Source: Candidatus Latescibacterota bacterium | GTDB taxonomy: Bacteria; Latescibacterota; UBA2968; UBA8231 | Length of the DNA stretch: 64,000 nucleotides | NCBI GenBank assembly: GCA_965243025.1 | Contig: CBDETY010000003.1 | Span: 1,504,001-1,568,000 of the forward strand | Reading direction: 5' to 3' | In this document: piece after piece, positions 9,686 through 19,071 of the stretch | Position numbering within the stretch: the first letter of the stretch is position 1 | Layout: each line of letters opens with the position of its first letter | The notes under the pieces: model-generated | What the model was told of the DNA's origin: nothing | Database searches by the model: none | The model's input: the letters and a program-made list of their open reading frames with translations, nothing else | Translations under genes and position numbers: made by a program

Positions 9686-10548
9686 TTCGTGCGATGAAGA
9701 AGCCTTCCATTCGCGATTTCGGAGGTTTGCCCGCGGCGCTGGCCTGCCTGGCGCTGACCGTTGCCGCGCCGCCGCTGTTCGCCGGCGCCTGGAGCCAGGA
9801 AAAGGGAAGCCTCTACCTCAAGTTTTCCGGGATATCCTACTCGTCCGACGAGGTCTACAACGACATGGGGAACCGCCAGCCCATGGGGGAGGAGAGCGAC
9901 TCCTTCGCCGGCTCGCAGGGATTCCTCTACGCCGAATACGGGCTTGGGGGCCGCCTGACCGCAATCGCCCAGGCGAACGCCGGGGTCCTCGTGTCGGAGA
10001 ACCGGCTCGTTCACCGGCAGACGACGGGAATCGGCGACGTCGACATCGGCGCCAGATACCAGCTGACGGAGGGCCCGGTCGTCCTTTCTCCGCTGCTGAC
10101 TTTCAAGCTGCCCACGGGGTACAACGCCGACTACGATCCCCCGTTCGGCACCGGGAAGATCGACGCCGAGGTGCGCATCCTCGCCGCCCGCTCGCTGTAT
10201 CCGCTGCCGCTCTACGTCGGACTGGAGGGGGGATACCGCATTCGCGGGGGAGAGTACTCCAACCAGGTACCCTGGTTTGCCGAGGTCGGGGCAACCCCGC
10301 ATCCCAGGGTGTTCGTCAAGGCGTACATCGATGGCAAGGACACACGGGTGAGCGGGGACACCGAAGATCTCGGAGTGGTCGGGGCATCGGTCCAGGTGTC
10401 GGAAGGGGATTTCACCAAGGCAGGCCTCAACGCCGCCTGGAACGTCCGGGGCCCCTTCTGGGTCGACGTTCTGGCGGAACGCACGGTCGCCGGCGAGAAC
10501 ATCGGCGCCGGGGCTTCCCTCGGCATCGGCGTTTCATGCAGCTACTGA
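9682..10548 (+). CDS. Secreted protein, probable outer-membrane beta-barrel
   Basis: Signal peptide ending LFA-GAW, alternating amphipathic strands (YAEYGL, GDVDIGARY, FKLPTG), aromatic C-terminal residue. Confidence 0.6.
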   Translation: MIRAMKKPSIRDFGGLPAALACLALTVAAPPLFAGAWSQEKGSLYLKFSGISYSSDEVYNDMGNRQPMGEESDSFAGSQGFLYAEYGLGGRLTAIAQANAGVLVSENRLVHRQTTGIGDVDIGARYQLTEGPVVLSPLLTFKLPTGYNADYDPPFGTGKIDAEVRILAARSLYPLPLYVGLEGGYRIRGGEYSNQVPWFAEVGATPHPRVFVKAYIDGKDTRVSGDTEDLGVVGASVQVSEGDFTKAGLNAAWNVRGPFWVDVLAERTVAGENIGAGASLGIGVSCSY

Positions 10549-10573
10549 CTCAAACCCGGGAGAGGGAATTGAA

Positions 10574-11713
10574 ATGAACAGGCAACAGAGCCGGCGCCGT
10601 TTCCTGATGTCGAGCGGAGCCGTCGCCATTTCGGCGCTGGTCCCGCAGTGGGGGTGCGACAGCAACAAGGTGACCTTCCGGGAGATGCCCACGGCTCCGC
10701 CCATGGACATGCCGCCGGAAACCCCGATGGAGGAGATGCCGGAAGCCCGGATCACTCCGAACAGCCGTTTCTACCTGCAGTCGATCAAAGGCAAGAACTA
10801 CGATCCCGGGATCGACGCGGCCAACTGGAGCCTGCGGGTCGACGGCCTCGTCGACAACCCGATCGAGTCGCTGGCGTACGAGGCCATCACCGGCATGCCG
10901 ATGGCCCGCCAGACCATGACGATGCAGTGCATCGGCAACTGGATCGGCGGGCCCCTGGTGGGGAACGCCGAATGGGGAGGAACCCCGTTCCGCAACCTGC
11001 TCGACATGGCGGGAATCGGGGAGGGCGCCATCCGCGCGAAATTCTACAGCGTCGACGGGTACACCACCTCCATCCCGCTGGAGCGTGCGCTGCGGGAGGA
11101 GTGTCTGCTGGTATGGGAGATGAACGGCGAGGTGCTGCCCTCGAAGCACGGCTTCCCGGTGCGCCTGATAAACCCGGGTCACTACGGGCAGAAGATGCCG
11201 AAGTGGATCACGCGCATCGAGCTGATCGACGAAGTCTACCTGGGCTACTGGGAGAGCAAGCCGGAGAAAAAGCCGTTCAAATGGTCGGACGACGCCATCG
11301 CGACCGTCAACTCGCGGATCGATTCCCCGCTCTCCCTGTGGGACGACGTCAAGGATCCCGACAACGGGGGCGTTACCGTGCAACTGCAGACCATCCGCGG
11401 CGACGCCGACACGGTGTTCTCCGTACACGGAATCGCCATGGCGGGAGAGCGCAAGGTCGACATCGTCGAGGTGAGCACGGACGGCGGAGCTTCCTGGGAA
11501 GAGGCGCATATACTCAACCACCCGCGTGAAAACGTCTGGGTTGCCTGGCGCTACGAGTGGCCGCTGCCCCCTTCGGGCCGCTACGAGATAGTGGCCCGGG
11601 CAACCGACAACGCCGGGGACGCGCAGCCGGCCGAGGACAAGGGGGAAGATCTCTACGACGGCCGCACCGGCTGGCACCGGGTGCCGGTCAACGTGGTGCG
11701 CAGCGAGGCCTAG
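10574..11713 (+). CDS. Sulfite-oxidase-family molybdopterin oxidoreductase, Tat-exported lipoprotein
   Basis: SRRRFL Tat motif and lipobox WGC. Mo-ligand Cys in MQCIGN, GNAEWGG, MNGEVLPSKHGFPVRL, YGQKMPKW, VEVSTDGG dimerisation domain. Confidence 0.9.
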   Translation: MNRQQSRRRFLMSSGAVAISALVPQWGCDSNKVTFREMPTAPPMDMPPETPMEEMPEARITPNSRFYLQSIKGKNYDPGIDAANWSLRVDGLVDNPIESLAYEAITGMPMARQTMTMQCIGNWIGGPLVGNAEWGGTPFRNLLDMAGIGEGAIRAKFYSVDGYTTSIPLERALREECLLVWEMNGEVLPSKHGFPVRLINPGHYGQKMPKWITRIELIDEVYLGYWESKPEKKPFKWSDDAIATVNSRIDSPLSLWDDVKDPDNGGVTVQLQTIRGDADTVFSVHGIAMAGERKVDIVEVSTDGGASWEEAHILNHPRENVWVAWRYEWPLPPSGRYEIVARATDNAGDAQPAEDKGEDLYDGRTGWHRVPVNVVRSEA

Positions 11714-11716
11714 GGC

Positions 11717-12004
11717 CTAATCCTCCGGGAACCAGTTCCCGATTTTTTCGCGGATCGCCAGGGCCTGCCGGGGGCTCGAGATCTCGAATTTGCTGCGTGG
11801 AAGGTAGGATCCGTCGCGCTTCTGGTAGCGCCTGATCGACACCTTGTGGGGGCCGTACTCGCCGGATTTGCGGTCGAGATCCTGGTAGAGGAACATGATC
11901 GTCGTCCAGGATCCCTTGCTCAGCACCTCCTTGTCGAGCTGCTTGCGCAGAACCTTCCCGTCTTCTTCGTACTGAATCGTCAGTTCATCTACTGTTTCAG
12001 CCAT
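11717..12004 (-). CDS. Small conserved hypothetical protein, possibly PC4/YdbC-like fold
   Basis: 95-aa ORF with host-like codon usage and balanced composition; segment VSIRRYQKRDGSYLP resembles PC4. Confidence 0.7.
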   Translation of the reverse strand: MAETVDELTIQYEEDGKVLRKQLDKEVLSKGSWTTIMFLYQDLDRKSGEYGPHKVSIRRYQKRDGSYLPRSKFEISSPRQALAIREKIGNWFPED

Positions 12005-12096
12005 GACTTAGAAATAAACGGCCCTCTCGGGAGCCGGGCAAACCCCGGAGGCTGCATGCCCTCCTCTCCCCCGCCGTGCTGCCCGTTCGCACTTTC

Positions 12097-12125
12097 TTGC
12101 CGCTCCGTACAGGGGGCCATATACT
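12097..12125 (+). promoter_or_regulatory. Sigma70-like promoter for the IOR gene
   Basis: TTGCCG-N17-TATACT. Confidence 0.55.
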
Positions 12126-12151
12126 GACTGGAAACGAGCGAAAGGATCGGC

Positions 12152-15100
12152 ATCATCCCCGCGAACACGAGGATCGAGGACAAGTACGAGCTCGAGGAAG
12201 GCACTGTCTTCCTCACAGGCATCGAGGCGATCGTTCGCCTGCTGGTGGAGAAGCAGCGCCGCGACGAGCTGCGGTCCGGGGCGGGCACGGTCAACCAGAC
12301 CTATGTCTCCGGGTACGAGGGATCCCCCCTTGGAGGACTCGACCTCGAAATCGCCTCCCAGCTCGAGGTCCTGAACCGCCGCGGCCGCACCGTGCACCAG
12401 TTCGGCATCAACGAGAAGACCGCGGCCTCGGCGATGCTCGGAACCCAGTACGCCCCCTCGGCCGACGTCGACGCCTTCTGGTACGGCAAGGCGCACGGCG
12501 CCATGTGGATCCCGGACGAGGTCTGGCTCGCCAACCTCGCCGGTACCAGCGGCAGCGGATCGATGGTCCTGCTGTGCGGGGAGGATCACCGGTCAAAGAG
12601 CTCGGTTTCACCGGGGAGCAGCGACTGGGTGCTGCGCGGCAGCATGGTCCCGGTCTTCTACCCGGCAAGCGTCGGGGAAATCCTCAGCCTCGGCATGCAC
12701 GCCGTCCACCTGTCCCGTTTCCTGGGAGTGGTGACCGCCCTCAAGCTCGCGACCCCGCTCTGCGACGGGGCGGGAACGGTTCGTCTCCGGGATGCACGCC
12801 CCGACATCCAGCTGCCGCGGACCGGCTTCGAGAAGCGCTTCAGCCCTATCGTCATGGCCCTCGGGGCGCTGCCGATGCAGAAGGAGCTCGTCGAGGAGAA
12901 GCTCCCCCTGGCCGAGGAGTACGTCCGGCTCAACCGGCTCAACCGGATTCACCCCGGAAAAGGCACAGGTCCGGAAGCGGCCGGCATCATCGCCACCGGC
13001 AAGTCCTTCCCCGACGTCAGACAGGCCCTGGAGATCATCGGCGTGGAGGTGCCGGTGCTGCAGCTGTCGGTTACCTACCCGCTCGACCAGGAGATCATCC
13101 GCGAGTTTGCCGGCACCTTCGACCTGCGGACCGTATACCTCGTCGAGGAGCCCGGACCCTTCGTCGAGGAAGGGGTGAAGTCCGCCCTCTGGGGTTCGCG
13201 CGTGGAGGAGGTGTACGGCCAGTACGACGAAGGGGGGAAACCGTTCGTGCCCTCCTGGGGGGAGGTTGACCCGGAGCGGATCGCCCAGCTGCTGGGCCCG
13301 CGTCTCCTTCCTTCTGCGCATGCCCCGGCATCTCCCTTGTACGGCCGCCTGGAGGACATCCTCGGACGAAGCTATCCCGAGGTCCCGAAGGTCGCCCCCA
13401 TGTCTTGCGGGGGATGTCCCTACAACGCTTTTCGCGATCTCAAGGGGGAAAAGCCCGGGGGCGCCATCGGCTGCAGCTCGATCCGGGCGATGGAAGCCTA
13501 CGACTACGGGGTGCTCTACATCCCGACCATGGGGGCGGGCGGTTCGATCTACAGCGGCACCGCTCCCTTCAACGGCAACAGGCACAGCTATCAGTACCTC
13601 GGCGACGGCAGCTACTTCCACAGCGGCAGGGGTGCGGTCCAGAGCTGCGTGCAGGGCGGGGTCAACATCACCTTCCTGCTGCTGTTCAACGGCGCCGTGG
13701 CCCTGACCGGGGGACAGCGCCCCGGGGGGCAGCGCAGCGTTTCGGAGGTAGCCGGAGAGCTGCTCTCGCTCGGGGTGCGCGAGGTGGGGATCGTCAGCGA
13801 AGAGCCCCGGCGCTACCGCTCCCTGAAGGGGGAGAACGTGCGCGTGTTCGGCCTCGACCGGCACGCCGAGGCCCTCGCCCGTTTCAAGGGGGTCGCCGGC
13901 ACCACGGCGCTGATCCTCGACAAGGAGTGCGCCACCGAGAAGGGACGCCGCCGCCGCCGGCTGGGGGAGAAGCCGGAGAGCTACATCCTCGTCGACGAGA
14001 GGCTGTGCGAGGGGTGCGGCGACTGTTACCGGCAGTCGGAGGGCTGCGCCGCGCTCTACGGCACCGAGACGGAGTTCGGCGAGAAGACCCAGATCCGCCA
14101 GGCCAGCTGCGTTCAGGACGGCCTCTGCGTCGACGGGGAGTGCCCCTCGTTCGTCAAGGTGACTCCGCGCTCCGGCTCGGTGGGGCTGCGCCGGGCGACG
14201 CCGGAGCCCCTGCGGGACGTGCCCGAACCACCGTCCCATCCCGACCTGGACTCGGGGGACTACACCATCTTCGCCGTCGGCCGCGGCGGCACCGGGGTGG
14301 TGACGATCTCCCACCTCGTCGCCTACGCCGGCATGCTCGACGGGCTCAACGTGTACCTGTCGAACAACACCGGCCTGGCGCAGAAAGGGGGTCCGGTAGA
14401 AGCGCCGATCGTCTTCAGCCGCCGCCGGCAGCCGGTGTTCAACCGGCTTTTTCCCGGTTCCTCCGATCTGTATCTCGGCTTCGACCTGCTGCGCGCCGCC
14501 GAGCCCGGGAACCTCAGGTTCGCCTCGGCGGACCGCACCGTGGCCCTGGTGAGCACGACGCGCATTCCGACGGCGCAGATGAACCGCAATCCCGGCGGGA
14601 AGTTCCCCGATCCCGATTACCTGGCGGGGCTGATCGACCAGTGCAGCCGCAAGCCGGACAACATCTACATCGACTCCTTCTGGCTCGCCGAGAAGCTGTT
14701 CGGCGACAGCCTGTACGCCAACATGCTGCTGCTGGGAGCGGCGTACCAGGCAGGGCGCCTGCCCCTGAGAGCCGCCTCCATCGAGGCGGCCATTGCGCTC
14801 AACGGCAAGGCCGTCGAGGCCAACGTCCAGGCGTTTCGCTGGGGCCGCCTGGCCGTGGCGGACCCGGCGCGGCTGCAGGCCCATGTCGGTCCGGTCGTTC
14901 CCGACGGCGCCGACCTCGTTCGCGAAAACCGCGGCAAGCTCGGCAGCGGCAGCCAGCGATCGCTCCACGACGAGGCCTTGCAGTCGCTCGACCTGCCGGC
15001 CGAACTGGCCGCCCGCTTCAGCGTCCGCATCGCCGATCTGATTTCCTACCAGGACGAGTCATACGCGAGGGAGTACGTCGACCTCGTGCGAACCGTCGCC

Positions 15101-15664
15101 GCCGCCGAAACCGGGACCCGCGGCGACGGGCCGCGGCCGCTGACCCGGGCGGTGATCCTCAACCTGCACAAACTGATGGCCTACAAGGACGAGTACGAGG
15201 TGGCGCGGCTGGCACTCGACCGGGAATCGCGGGAGCGGCTGGCAGGGATGTTCGACGGGGAGGTGAGGATCTCCCATTACCTGAATCCCCCCACCTTGAG
15301 GCGCTTCCGTGTCGGCAAGGTCGCCGCCGGCCCCTGGTTCCGGCCGCTGTTCTCCTGCCTGCGGGCCCTGCGCGGCCTGCGCACCACGCCCTGGGATCCC
15401 TTCGGCCGCACTCCATGCCGGAAGCTCGAGCGCGAGCTGGTGGCCTGGTACAGGAACCTGGTGCAGGAGGTGGCGGAGCTGTTGTCGCGGCCCGGAACCA
15501 CGGCCGCTGACCGCACCCGGGCGGTGGAGATCGCCGAGGCTCCCGACTCGATCCGCGGGTACGAGCAGGTCAAGATCGAATCCGCGGCGAAGGCGAGGGC
15601 TCAGGCCGAGACCCGGTTGCGGGACCTGCGAGGACGAACGGACCCCGATAGCGTTTCCAGGTAG
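12152..15664 (+). CDS. Fused indolepyruvate/2-oxoacid:ferredoxin oxidoreductase family protein; probable non-canonical start
   Basis: EDKYELEEGTVFLTGIEAIVRL, YVSGYEGSPLGG, WYGK, CGGCP, TPP motif GDGSYFHSG, ferredoxin CEGCGDC, GTGVVT, GLAQKGG, LMAYKDEYEVARL, IRGY. Conserved N-terminus begins upstream of the ORF-track GTG at 12245. Confidence 0.9.
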   Translation: MIPANTRIEDKYELEEGTVFLTGIEAIVRLLVEKQRRDELRSGAGTVNQTYVSGYEGSPLGGLDLEIASQLEVLNRRGRTVHQFGINEKTAASAMLGTQYAPSADVDAFWYGKAHGAMWIPDEVWLANLAGTSGSGSMVLLCGEDHRSKSSVSPGSSDWVLRGSMVPVFYPASVGEILSLGMHAVHLSRFLGVVTALKLATPLCDGAGTVRLRDARPDIQLPRTGFEKRFSPIVMALGALPMQKELVEEKLPLAEEYVRLNRLNRIHPGKGTGPEAAGIIATGKSFPDVRQALEIIGVEVPVLQLSVTYPLDQEIIREFAGTFDLRTVYLVEEPGPFVEEGVKSALWGSRVEEVYGQYDEGGKPFVPSWGEVDPERIAQLLGPRLLPSAHAPASPLYGRLEDILGRSYPEVPKVAPMSCGGCPYNAFRDLKGEKPGGAIGCSSIRAMEAYDYGVLYIPTMGAGGSIYSGTAPFNGNRHSYQYLGDGSYFHSGRGAVQSCVQGGVNITFLLLFNGAVALTGGQRPGGQRSVSEVAGELLSLGVREVGIVSEEPRRYRSLKGENVRVFGLDRHAEALARFKGVAGTTALILDKECATEKGRRRRRLGEKPESYILVDERLCEGCGDCYRQSEGCAALYGTETEFGEKTQIRQASCVQDGLCVDGECPSFVKVTPRSGSVGLRRATPEPLRDVPEPPSHPDLDSGDYTIFAVGRGGTGVVTISHLVAYAGMLDGLNVYLSNNTGLAQKGGPVEAPIVFSRRRQPVFNRLFPGSSDLYLGFDLLRAAEPGNLRFASADRTVALVSTTRIPTAQMNRNPGGKFPDPDYLAGLIDQCSRKPDNIYIDSFWLAEKLFGDSLYANMLLLGAAYQAGRLPLRAASIEAAIALNGKAVEANVQAFRWGRLAVADPARLQAHVGPVVPDGADLVRENRGKLGSGSQRSLHDEALQSLDLPAELAARFSVRIADLISYQDESYAREYVDLVRTVAAAETGTRGDGPRPLTRAVILNLHKLMAYKDEYEVARLALDRESRERLAGMFDGEVRISHYLNPPTLRRFRVGKVAAGPWFRPLFSCLRALRGLRTTPWDPFGRTPCRKLERELVAWYRNLVQEVAELLSRPGTTAADRTRAVEIAEAPDSIRGYEQVKIESAAKARAQAETRLRDLRGRTDPDSVSR

Positions 15665-15674
15665 ACGGCGTTGC

Positions 15675-16571
15675 TCAGCGCAAGGGGACTTCCGCAACTC
15701 CGCCCGAGCGCCGGGCTTTGCGCATCGACCTGAGAAGGGCGAAGTCCCGGGCTGTTTCTTCCCCGGGAGGCCCTCCCGCGTCACCTTCGGCGACCGCCCG
15801 GCAGAAGGCCTGGAGCCAGGCCGGTTCGGGGCGCAGGCCGGGAGGTTGACGCACTTCCTCGCCCCCCGGTCCGAAGGCGACGACCCGGTTGGACCCGGCG
15901 GCGTAGGTCAACATCCCCCCGCTTCCGAGAAACAGGAAATCCCCTTCCGGAGCGCCGGCCCGGATCGCGGCGAGCTGGGCGGTGGCGCGATTGGCGAAAG
16001 AGACGGTGGCGGTCGCGTGCACCCCCCGTCCAGCCGCGGCCGCGGTGACGTGAAGGCGCGACGGCCCGGAGCGAACAAGCGCCGCCGCCTGGGAGCAGGC
16101 GTCGGCCAGGGCCCACCAGGTCGCCGTCATGCTTCCCCCTCCCGCCTCGACCGCGGCGCGCAGGAAGACCGGCCGGCCGAAGTCGTTTTCGCCGCTCGCT
16201 TTCAGCAGCCGCGCATGTGCGCTGCCAAACCCGTACGACCCGGCCCAGCTCAAGGCAACGCCGCACTCGCGGGCAGTACTGCGGAGCTCCTCGAGACGGT
16301 CCGCAGAGGTCGCCGGAATGCCGCGGCAGAGCACGTGAAAGCCGGCCCTGAGGGCGGCGCCTGCGTCGCGCTCGAGGTTCGGGCGGGGCGCCAGGAAACA
16401 GGCGATTCTGCTGTCGCCCTCAGTGGCGGACAGGGCGGTGCCCAGCGTAGCGAACGAGGGGATCCCAGGGAGCCGCACCGGACCGGCGGCGGAGGCGATC
16501 TCCAGGCTCGCCGCAAGCTCCTCGACGAGGGGCCGCTGGCCCCTTCCGGCGACCAGGCAGACGGCGCTCAC
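15675..16571 (-). CDS. Divergent Gfo/Idh/MocA-like protein
   Basis: GTG start overlapping the upstream stop (GTGA). AALRAGFHVLC, FGRPVF and SFANRATA segments recall the family, but canonical motifs are eroded. Confidence 0.6.
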   Translation of the reverse strand: MSAVCLVAGRGQRPLVEELAASLEIASAAGPVRLPGIPSFATLGTALSATEGDSRIACFLAPRPNLERDAGAALRAGFHVLCRGIPATSADRLEELRSTARECGVALSWAGSYGFGSAHARLLKASGENDFGRPVFLRAAVEAGGGSMTATWWALADACSQAAALVRSGPSRLHVTAAAAGRGVHATATVSFANRATAQLAAIRAGAPEGDFLFLGSGGMLTYAAGSNRVVAFGPGGEEVRQPPGLRPEPAWLQAFCRAVAEGDAGGPPGEETARDFALLRSMRKARRSGGVAEVPLR

Positions 16572-17698
16572 GAGCCATCCCTTTCCGGCAGGCGCACCGG
16601 CCCGTTCTCGACGATGGAGCGGTACCCGGCGAGCAGGATTTCCATGTGGTCCCGCGCCTCGGCGGCGGAGTAGAGCGGCTGCCGGTCCTCGTCGATCGCC
16701 GCCACGAGATCTTCCAGCCCGTTGCCGAGGCAGGCGTCGTCGACCAGCGGCGAGGCCGTGGTCGGCGAGGGGGTGTGCCACTGCATCGGATCTTCGGCCG
16801 GGGGGTGGTAGTTCGTTGCCGTCACGGTCCGGCTGAGCGTGGTTTCGAGCAGCGGGCGCCTGGCGTCGACCAGGGCGCTGCGCTCGCTGCCGACGAGCCA
16901 GGCGCGCAACGGCCCTCCCCCGGCATGGGTGGCCACGCCGACGCGTCCGGCGCACAGCGTCGCCAGGCGGCCTTCCGCATCGACCAGGGTCATGGTGGCG
17001 AAATCCTCGGCGCGGCGGGCGGCGTGCTGTGAGAAGAAATGAGCCCCGCCGTGGGCGAGCACCTCCCTGACCGGCCCCAGGCAGCGCTGCACGAGTCCCA
17101 CGGAATAGGCGCCGACCGTCAGCAGCTCCCGCTTGATGTCGGGGAACTTCCAGCGCCCGGCGGGCAGGAAATCCCCGGGGACGGACAGATCCGGCTCGGG
17201 CCAGCCCTTGCAGAAAAGGATGTCGGAGTGGACGGCCATCAGCTCCCCGAGCCCGCCGTTGTCGATCAGATCGCGGCACCGGCTCACCAGGGTCCCGTAG
17301 GTGTAGCTCGGCACGATCGCGCGAACCCCGGAACGGGCAACGGCGTCGACGACGGCGTCGCACTCCTCGAGGCTGCCCCCCATGAACTTGTCGATCCAGA
17401 GGTGCTTTCCCGCGCCCGCGGCGCGCACCGCGAGGTCGGCCCGGCGCTCGATCTCGTGGCCGATGCTGACGATGTCGACTCCTTCGATGGCCAGGGCGTC
17501 GTCCACCCCCTCGATGCAGGGAACGCCGATCTCCCGGGCCCGCTGGCGGTTCAATTCCCGCAGGCGGGGCTCGACGTCGGGTTCGTCGGCGACGGCGACG
17601 ATGCGCACGCGCGGATGGTTCCGGTACAGGGGGACGAAGGAGTCCTGGTGACTGTGGCGGCTGAAGCTTACCAGCAGCACGCCGTAGGTTGCGGGCAT
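16568..17698 (-). CDS. Gfo/Idh/MocA family oxidoreductase
   Basis: RIVAVADE, VDIVSI, AGKHLWIDKF, GGLGEL, AEDFA, YSAAEARDHMEILLAGYRS. ATG at 17698. Confidence 0.85.
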   Translation of the reverse strand: MPATYGVLLVSFSRHSHQDSFVPLYRNHPRVRIVAVADEPDVEPRLRELNRQRAREIGVPCIEGVDDALAIEGVDIVSIGHEIERRADLAVRAAGAGKHLWIDKFMGGSLEECDAVVDAVARSGVRAIVPSYTYGTLVSRCRDLIDNGGLGELMAVHSDILFCKGWPEPDLSVPGDFLPAGRWKFPDIKRELLTVGAYSVGLVQRCLGPVREVLAHGGAHFFSQHAARRAEDFATMTLVDAEGRLATLCAGRVGVATHAGGGPLRAWLVGSERSALVDARRPLLETTLSRTVTATNYHPPAEDPMQWHTPSPTTASPLVDDACLGNGLEDLVAAIDEDRQPLYSAAEARDHMEILLAGYRSIVENGPVRLPERDGS

Positions 17699-17861
17699 TC
17701 CGTTCCAGGAGGTTGGGAGTGGGCCCGCGCGGGGACGTCGGTCCGGGCGGGGTGGCGAACGAGCCGGCAAGATAGGGAGGGGGAATACCCCTGTAAACCG
17801 GATCGCCCCGGCCTTCTGCAGGGGTTCCGCAACCGGGGATTGCCGAACCCGGTCGGTCCCG

Positions 17862-18581
17862 TCAGGTGCCCCGGGTGTTGCCCCACAGGTCGATGTGCAG
17901 ACGGCCGCTGAAGCTGAACCCTTCCTGCTTGCAGATTTCCGCCACCCAGCGGCCGCGCTCTCTCAGCTGCTTCCCTTCGACCCCCTCGGGCATGAGAAAT
18001 ACCTGGTGCCGCGGGATCGACAGCTCCTCGACGAGGCGCACCACCTCGGCCGTATCCTCCGCAGCCTGGAGCACGAACTTGAACTGGAGGTCGATTCCCG
18101 ACTCGAGGAATCGCGGCAGCGGCTCGAAGCTGTTGTTGCGGAGGTGAAGGGCCCGCTGGGCCGCGTGGACCGGGTCGGGGGTGCTGTTGGCGAGCTTGGG
18201 GGAAAGGCTGAACAAGTCGGGCCGCACCCCGGGCTGGAAGACCGTCCCCGCGGTCTCGATGGTGGTGTGGTGTCCGCGTTCTCTCAGCGCATCCACGAGG
18301 GGGGCGAGGTCCTTCTGCAGCAGCGGCTCGCCGCCGGTGATCACCGCGTGGGGAACGGCGCTCCAGGCCGCGGTCTCCTCCATGATCGCGGCCACGCTCA
18401 TCTGCCTGCCCTCGGGGTTCCAGGAGGTGTAGGGGGTGTCGCACCAGGAGCATCTCAGGTTGCATCCCGAGGTGCGGATGAAGATGCAGGGCGCCCCGGT
18501 GTAGCGGCCCTCCCCCTGGAGGGTGTGGAAGATCTCCGATATCAGCATCTGCCCGCAGCCTTTGTCAACAGACAGGGTCAT
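17862..18581 (-). CDS. queE: 7-carboxy-7-deazaguanine synthase (radical SAM)
   Basis: SEIFHTLQGEG, FIRTSGCNLRCSWCDT, VITGGEPL, IETAG, SLSPKL, RLHIDLWG. Start 18581 (ATGA overlap) or 18548. Confidence 0.92.
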   Translation of the reverse strand: MTLSVDKGCGQMLISEIFHTLQGEGRYTGAPCIFIRTSGCNLRCSWCDTPYTSWNPEGRQMSVAAIMEETAAWSAVPHAVITGGEPLLQKDLAPLVDALRERGHHTTIETAGTVFQPGVRPDLFSLSPKLANSTPDPVHAAQRALHLRNNSFEPLPRFLESGIDLQFKFVLQAAEDTAEVVRLVEELSIPRHQVFLMPEGVEGKQLRERGRWVAEICKQEGFSFSGRLHIDLWGNTRGT

Positions 18582-18907
18582 GCGCCGAGCAGCCGGTCGA
18601 CCTTGGCGGCGCAGATGAAGTCGTTCTCCGAGAGGCCGTCGATCGCGTGGGTGCGGTACTTCACCTTGCAGGCCCTGTACCCGACCTCGAGGTCGGGGTG
18701 GTGGTTCTCCCTGTTGGCGACCCAGGCCACGGCGTTCACGAAGGAAATGGTTTCGGAGTAGTTCCTGAAACGGAACCTCTTCTGTATGCAGCCGGCTGCC
18801 GCCGTCCAGCCCGGGACCGATGCGAGGTGGGTCTCGATTTCCGCCTCGGTCATCGGGGGCACGCCGGCTTCGCACGGCTTGCAGGATCTGGCTGCCAGGT
18901 CGCTCAT
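18578..18907 (-). CDS. phhB: Pterin-4-alpha-carbinolamine dehydratase
   Basis: [30 protein letters not shown]. Confidence 0.93.
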   Translation of the reverse strand: MSDLAARSCKPCEAGVPPMTEAEIETHLASVPGWTAAAGCIQKRFRFRNYSETISFVNAVAWVANRENHHPDLEVGYRACKVKYRTHAIDGLSENDFICAAKVDRLLGA

Positions 18908-19071
18908 GGGAATGCGGATCTCCCGGTCGTGGGTGGGCTGAAATGCAACGGGTTCGACGAAAGGTACCTCTGCGCGGGGGGGCCTTCAAACGTACATTTT
19001 CCTGGGTCCGCCGGGTCGCTCCGGCCGCCGGGCCGCGGGACTCCGGAGACCGCCGCAATGGTGAATGGGGA

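Noticed and set aside
18908-19071. Possible preQ1/THF/ZTP riboswitch between phhB-queE and folE
   Set aside because: The context is suggestive, but I could not match any consensus by eye; an Infernal/Rfam scan is needed.
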